Made by a program: the position numbers and the translations under genes. From NCBI GenBank assembly GCA_031960885.1, contig JAVRLY010000003.1, forward strand, positions 1 through 41,020: 41,020 nucleotides of DNA. The letters are read 5' to 3'. This DNA comes from Desulfurella sp. (GTDB taxonomy: Bacteria; Campylobacterota_A; Desulfurellia; Desulfurellales; Desulfurellaceae). Below are positions 36,557 to 41,020 of this stretch, piece after piece. The first letter of the stretch is position 1. Each line of letters begins with the position of its first letter. Below the pieces are notes generated by a model. That model was not told the DNA's origin. It did not search any database and saw nothing but the letters and a program-made list of their open reading frames with translations.

Positions 36557-37423
36557 CTAATTTGATGCACAATAATCAAATATAGCCATTCTCATATATA
36601 CGCCATTTTCTACCTGTTTAGTGATTAAAACATTTCTATCTATGTATACAGTTGAGTCAAGCTCAACATCTCTATTAACCGGACCTGGATGCATAATATA
36701 TGTATTAATAGGTTTTTTTATACCGAAAAATTTATTGTATTCGCTCAAAGAAGGTATATTTACACCACTTTTTCGCTCAAGCTGAATACGCAAAAGTATC
36801 ACTAAGTCTTTATCTGATATAGCATGCTCTAAATCTTTTTCCAACTTTAAATTTTCTATATTTTGCGGTAAAAACGTATGTGGTCCATAAAAACTCAAAT
36901 CCCAATTAAACATTTTTGCAAGGTATATATGGCTTCTTGCTACGCGTGAATTGATTATATCACCAATTATACATACTTTGAGATTTTCGATATTTTGAGT
37001 ATGTTCATAAATTGTCATAAAATCTAATAAAGCTTGAGATGGATGTTCATTAGTACCATCGCCTGCGTTTATTATATTGGCATCTGTGAATTTACTTATA
37101 TATAAAGAGAAACCAGAATATGAATGCCTTACTACAAAAAAATTTGGGTGCATGGCGTTTATGTTAGTAATTGTGTCTTCCCAGTTTTCGCCTTTTTGTA
37201 AACTTGATTTAGCATAATCAAAATTAACAACTTTTGCACCTAATTTTAAAGCCGCTATTTCAAAAGAGGTTTTTGTTCTTGTGCTATTTTCAAAAAACAT
37301 GCTTATAACGATATTATTCTCCAGACTTTTAACATAGTTTTTTTCATTTTTAAAATACATAGCTTTTTTTAAAATATCTAACACCTGATTCTTGTTAAAA
37401 TACTTTAGACCTAAACAATGCAT
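36557..37423 (-). CDS. pyrB: Aspartate carbamoyltransferase catalytic subunit
   Basis: FFENSTRT, NAGDG..EHPSQ, SRVARS, RIQLER, MHPGP. Confidence 0.96.
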   Translation of the reverse strand: MHCLGLKYFNKNQVLDILKKAMYFKNEKNYVKSLENNIVISMFFENSTRTKTSFEIAALKLGAKVVNFDYAKSSLQKGENWEDTITNINAMHPNFFVVRHSYSGFSLYISKFTDANIINAGDGTNEHPSQALLDFMTIYEHTQNIENLKVCIIGDIINSRVARSHIYLAKMFNWDLSFYGPHTFLPQNIENLKLEKDLEHAISDKDLVILLRIQLERKSGVNIPSLSEYNKFFGIKKPINTYIMHPGPVNRDVELDSTVYIDRNVLITKQVENGVYMRMAIFDYCASN

Positions 37424-37426
37424 ATT

Positions 37427-38296
37427 TTACCTTCCTATATCTCTGTGAACAGTGTTTACAATATAATCCATTTTTCCCACAAATTCTTCCAAATATTTAA
37501 CAATTGCTACAGAACGATGCTTACCACCTGTGCAACCAATAGAAATTGTAATATAGCTCTTTGATATTTTTGTAAAAAGCGGTAAAATAAATTTCAAAAA
37601 ATCTTTTATTTTGTGAACAAACTCTTGAGCTTCTGGTTGATTTAGAACATAATTATATGTAATCTCATCAAGACCAGTTGTATTTTTGAGTGAATCTATA
37701 AAGTAAGGGTTAGGCAAAAATCTAGCATCAAATACATAATCACTTTCAGTTGGCAAACCATATTTAAATCCAAAGGATTCTAGCTGAACAATAGGTTTTA
37801 GCTGTTCACTACTACCAAATTTAGCTAAAATTAAATTTTTTAAGTTATTTACATTTAAATCATTCGTGTCTATAACGAAATCTGATATTTTTTTAACACA
37901 ATCCATTATTGCTTTTTCTTCTTCAATCGCTTGTGTAAGTGAAAGTTGTCTTATAATACTTAATGGATGCTGTCTTCTTGTCTCTTGATACCTAGCAATT
38001 AATTTTTCTTTGTTAGCGTAAAGATAAAGTATGTTAACATTTATACCTTTGCTTTTTAACCATTCAACTGACTCAAAAAAATATGTTTGAAAATCAATTT
38101 CTCTAATATCGCATACAATAGCGACATTTTCAACAACAAAAGTGCCTTCTTCTATAATATCAATAAATTTTTTTATAAGTTGAAGAGGAAAATTATCCAT
38201 ACAAAAAAAACGTAATTCCTCAAAAACCTTTAGAGCACTACTTTTGCCTGATCCAGATAAGCCACTGATAAACACAAATTTTTTAATTTTACTCAT
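37427..38296 (-). CDS. rapZ: RapZ/YvcJ-family P-loop NTP-binding protein
   Basis: SGLSGSGKS, DIRE, ETRRQHP, SFGFKYG, RFLPNPY, GCTGGKHRSV; start 38296 or 38305. Confidence 0.93.
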   Translation of the reverse strand: MSKIKKFVFISGLSGSGKSSALKVFEELRFFCMDNFPLQLIKKFIDIIEEGTFVVENVAIVCDIREIDFQTYFFESVEWLKSKGINVNILYLYANKEKLIARYQETRRQHPLSIIRQLSLTQAIEEEKAIMDCVKKISDFVIDTNDLNVNNLKNLILAKFGSSEQLKPIVQLESFGFKYGLPTESDYVFDARFLPNPYFIDSLKNTTGLDEITYNYVLNQPEAQEFVHKIKDFLKFILPLFTKISKSYITISIGCTGGKHRSVAIVKYLEEFVGKMDYIVNTVHRDIGR

Positions 38297-38741
38297 CTTC
38301 TTCAAATGTTTTTATATAATTTTTTACTTCTTCTTTGGTTTTGTCCACAAAATTTTCCACACATGTATTCTTTAGCATTTTTGCAAGCAAAGTAAGTGTT
38401 TTTAACTGCAATGATGGTTTATCAGATGGCGACAATACAGTAAACACTACGCTCACTGGAATATTATCTATCGAATCAAAATCAATGGGTGTTTTTAAAA
38501 CAAAAATACCTATATACGGTTTAATATCTTTGAGTTTTAAATGTGGCAAAGCAAAACCGTTACCTATAGCAGTTGAACCCAACAATTCCCTTTCTCTAAA
38601 CAAATCATAAATTACTTCGGGGCTAATATTAACTTTTGGGCTAATATATTGACTTATTTTTTTTAATAAATCAAAATTATTTTTTGCAACTACGTCAACT
38701 TCGACATCGTTTATTTGTTTTATTAAGTCTTTAAAATTCAT
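38289..38741 (-). CDS. ptsN: PTS IIA (Ntr-like) component
   Basis: RERELLGSTAIGNGFALPH phospho-His motif; lies between hpf and rapZ. Confidence 0.88.
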   Translation of the reverse strand: MNFKDLIKQINDVEVDVVAKNNFDLLKKISQYISPKVNISPEVIYDLFRERELLGSTAIGNGFALPHLKLKDIKPYIGIFVLKTPIDFDSIDNIPVSVVFTVLSPSDKPSLQLKTLTLLAKMLKNTCVENFVDKTKEEVKNYIKTFEEDE

Positions 38742-38742
38742 T

Positions 38743-39240
38743 TTATGTTTCTATTAGCGTATAACTATTGTCACTGTTTTTATACAAAACATTGATATTT
38801 TCTGATTCTGAATTGTAGAAAACTAAAATACCATCGTCAGATTTTTTAACTAAATTTAGAGCATCTTCTAAATTAATGGGTTTTTCATCAATTGTTTTTC
38901 TAATAATATTTATTCCTTCAAATTCGCTTTGGGCTTCACTTATGTTGCTCTCTTTTCTTTTTTTAGATTTTTTCTCTTTGAGTTTTTTTATCTGTCTTTC
39001 TAAATTATCATAAAGTAAATCAATGCTTGCATAAAGGTCATGTGAAGTTTCTGTAGCTTTTATAGTATCTTTTTTTGTAATCAATTTGACATCAGCAATA
39101 TGCCTGTATTTTTCTACACTAATTAACACTTCAGCTTGCACTATATCGTAAATTTTTTCCAGTTTACTTAATTTCTTCTCAACATAATCTTTTATAGCAT
39201 CAGTAAGTTCTATGTTTTTTGCAGCAAAAATAAATTCCAT
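38743..39240 (-). CDS. hpf: Ribosome hibernation promoting factor (long HPF)
   Basis: LTDAIKDYVEKK, DLYASID..LERQ, and a C-terminal KP...EDA...NVLY domain. Confidence 0.92.
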   Translation of the reverse strand: MEFIFAAKNIELTDAIKDYVEKKLSKLEKIYDIVQAEVLISVEKYRHIADVKLITKKDTIKATETSHDLYASIDLLYDNLERQIKKLKEKKSKKRKESNISEAQSEFEGINIIRKTIDEKPINLEDALNLVKKSDDGILVFYNSESENINVLYKNSDNSYTLIET

Positions 39241-39252
39241 ATTTCCTCCGTA

Positions 39253-39588
39253 TTAATGTTCGCACACTGATTTATTCGAATAAATGAGAGTGCCATTTAA
39301 ATAATCTTGTATAATTTTTGAATGTTCTTGAGACGCAACACCAGATATCACATCTATGCCATAGCTATTAAAAAACTCTATAGCCCTTGGACCAACACCG
39401 CAAAGAATGACTAAATCAACATTTTGAGACTTTGCCCAAGCAGGAAACGAACCTTCTTGATGCTCTATTGAATCGTAAATCTTTTTGTCCTTTACAACGC
39501 CATTTTCAATTTCGTAAATTACAAATTTTTCAGCTCTGCCAAAATGCTCACTTAATACATCACCAACTAATGGTATCATAACTTTCAT
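39253..39588 (-). CDS. NifB/NifX-family (dinitrogenase FeMo-cofactor-binding fold) protein
   Basis: SEHFGRA..F, CGVGPRA, C-terminal CEH. Confidence 0.85.
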   Translation of the reverse strand: MKVMIPLVGDVLSEHFGRAEKFVIYEIENGVVKDKKIYDSIEHQEGSFPAWAKSQNVDLVILCGVGPRAIEFFNSYGIDVISGVASQEHSKIIQDYLNGTLIYSNKSVCEH

Positions 39589-39896
39589 TAAACCTTACCT
39601 CCTAATTTATTTTCAAGCGATTCCATTTTACCTTTCAATGTTAATTGTTTATCATTTCTTTCATCAATATAAATATTCATAACAACCCTATTTAAGCCCT
39701 CTCGATAAATTGTATCTCTTATTTTTGGTATCAATGTTAAGATTTCTTCTAAATCACCTTCAATTGCAGTGCCAATAGGTGTTGGCATTGTTTTAAAGCC
39801 ACTTTCTTTTATGAGTGAAACTACTTTTGCAATATATGTGCTTGCGCTTGGCGACGATGTGCCAATGGGTATCACTGTTATGCCACAAACAGCCAT
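39588..39896 (-). CDS. MTH1187/YqgV-family thiamine-binding protein
   Basis: VIPIGT.SPS.S.YIA, TPIGTAIEGD, IDERNDK. Confidence 0.88.
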   Translation of the reverse strand: MAVCGITVIPIGTSSPSASTYIAKVVSLIKESGFKTMPTPIGTAIEGDLEEILTLIPKIRDTIYREGLNRVVMNIYIDERNDKQLTLKGKMESLENKLGGKV

Positions 39897-39911
39897 AGTT
39901 AACCTCCATAA

Positions 39912-40256
39912 TCAGTAAATATTTTTATATTGATCAAAAATTGATTTTTCATTTTTAATTTTTGCTTTTATATTGATTATTTTAAGGTCAAATTCATCTA
40001 TTGTTGAAAATTTTTCATTTAAAATTGAATCATCCCAGTTTGTTAGAATCTTATAAGATAGTGCAATATCTTGAAATTTTTTTTGAGCACAATTTTTTTT
40101 ATTTACATCTGGATGGTATTTTTTCGCTAATTGCAGATATTTTCTTTTGATATCTTGCAGAGATTTTGCGTCCCAAGCATTTAGAATTTCCTTAGCTATT
40201 GCTTCATATAATCTTTTTTGTTTTATATTTTTTCTAAATTCAAAATCGTATATCAT
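39912..40256 (-). CDS. Small J-domain (DnaJ class C) protein
   Basis: IKRKYLQLAKKYHPDVN...FQDI..SY.IL; ATG 40256 forms an ATGA overlap with the upstream stop. Confidence 0.8.
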   Translation of the reverse strand: MIYDFEFRKNIKQKRLYEAIAKEILNAWDAKSLQDIKRKYLQLAKKYHPDVNKKNCAQKKFQDIALSYKILTNWDDSILNEKFSTIDEFDLKIINIKAKIKNEKSIFDQYKNIY

Positions 40257-41020
40257 AATTGAACAAGTTGTTTTGGAAACTTTGTCAAACTTTCTACGCA
40301 ATCTTTTTTTACTAAATACGTATTTTCTATACCAACTGCGCCTTCTTTAAATACGAGTTTTGGCTCAAATGCAAATACCATATTTTCTTCCAATGCATAA
40401 TCCATGCCTTGAGCAATAAATGGGTACTCATCTAACTCCAACCCAAGTCCATGACCAATGAATTTAACCCTATCTTTTCCTACGCCCATAAATATATTTT
40501 CATACCCTGCATTTTTTGCTTTTTCAAGCGTTTTTTTATACATATCTTGAGCATTTACGCCAGCTTTTGCATAATCTTCAAACCAATTAATTATATCAAG
40601 GCAAAATTGATATCCTTTTTTTAGCTCATCATTTAAATCACCAATAACAAATGTACGCGTTTCGTCAGTTATATATCCATTGTAATTAAAAATAAAATCT
40701 ACAATGATGGGTTTGTTTTTTTCAATTCTATCTAAACTTGCGCCTTCTGGATAAGTAGGATACATTCCTTTGCCAGAAAGCGGTTTCATGTAGCCAGAAA
40801 CTTTAGCAGTATTTTCACCGCAAATGACATGTCCCATAAAAATTTCACCATTAAACATCCTCATACGGCTTCTACCTTGATGACCCCTAAGCCTTGCAAA
40901 ATATTCTAATTTTGCGCTAATTTCAATCTCTTTTTTGTTTTCTTCTAAATATAATTTTGCATCGCTCATTAAACAATCAAGGTTTTTAGCAGCTTGTTCA
41001 ATATTATTTAGTTCAACTTG
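40253..41020 (-). CDS. M24-family Xaa-Pro peptidase (5' part outside the window)
   Basis: D...GYITDETRT, GHGLGLE, FEPK, GIEN metal ligands; frame stays open from 40969 to the window edge (QVELNNIEQAAKNLDCL). Confidence 0.9.
   Translation of the reverse strand, partial: QVELNNIEQAAKNLDCLMSDAKLYLEENKKEIEISAKLEYFARLRGHQGRSRMRMFNGEIFMGHVICGENTAKVSGYMKPLSGKGMYPTYPEGASLDRIEKNKPIIVDFIFNYNGYITDETRTFVIGDLNDELKKGYQFCLDIINWFEDYAKAGVNAQDMYKKTLEKAKNAGYENIFMGVGKDRVKFIGHGLGLELDEYPFIAQGMDYALEENMVFAFEPKLVFKEGAVGIENTYLVKKDCVESLTKFPKQLVQL

Noticed and set aside
39897..39911. TPP riboswitch upstream of the thiamine-binding protein gene
   Set aside because: The intergenic gap is only 15 nt and contains just an SD.
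661..40350. Numerous 60-164 aa ORFs nested in or antisense to annotated genes (e.g. 3117-3422, 12596-12910, 34935-35360, 35921-36415)
   Set aside because: They overlap well-supported conserved genes, I saw no recognisable motifs, and they look like antisense or off-frame shadows.
1..41020. CRISPR arrays, tandem repeats, rRNA, prophage genes
   Set aside because: None seen by eye; intergenic spaces are short (the largest about 200 bp) and show no repeat-spacer periodicity.

Overview
AT-rich (roughly 30% GC by eye), densely packed bacterial chromosomal window made up almost entirely of core genes. Gene content and protein style suggest a diderm anaerobe of the Desulfurella/Hippea (Campylobacterota)-like group; this is inference only. 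In order: a possible IS-transposase tail; a cell-wall module (amidase, unannotated 29-aa membrane peptide, class B PBP, CtpA); a MoaD-like/ThiF-like pair; an SDR; an RND adaptor and permease; a 7-gene operon (FMN split-barrel, TIGR01777, CoA Nudix, CBS-PPase, coaBC, hisD, short ArgA-like GNAT); bcp, degP, hemB; a divergent biotin cluster (bioAD / bioF-esterase-bioC) with a BirA-type operator; addAB; lptE; tRNA-Gln(CTG) and tRNA-Glu(CTC); pckA; rlpA; proS with an M18 aminopeptidase; and a minus-strand run (M24 peptidase, J-domain protein, MTH1187 family, NifX family, hpf, ptsN, rapZ, pyrB). I saw no CRISPR, prophage, integrase or convincing defence system, and I cannot claim a large new system. 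The best leads are: (1) the hidden 29-aa single-pass membrane ORF inside the cell-wall operon, next to an amidase whose third Zn-ligand His is replaced by Tyr; (2) several apparently leaderless transcripts (rlpA, addA, possibly moaD and lptE); (3) a stand-alone ubiquitin-like/E1-like pair lacking the Zn and catalytic cysteines; (4) a short BioV-like esterase.
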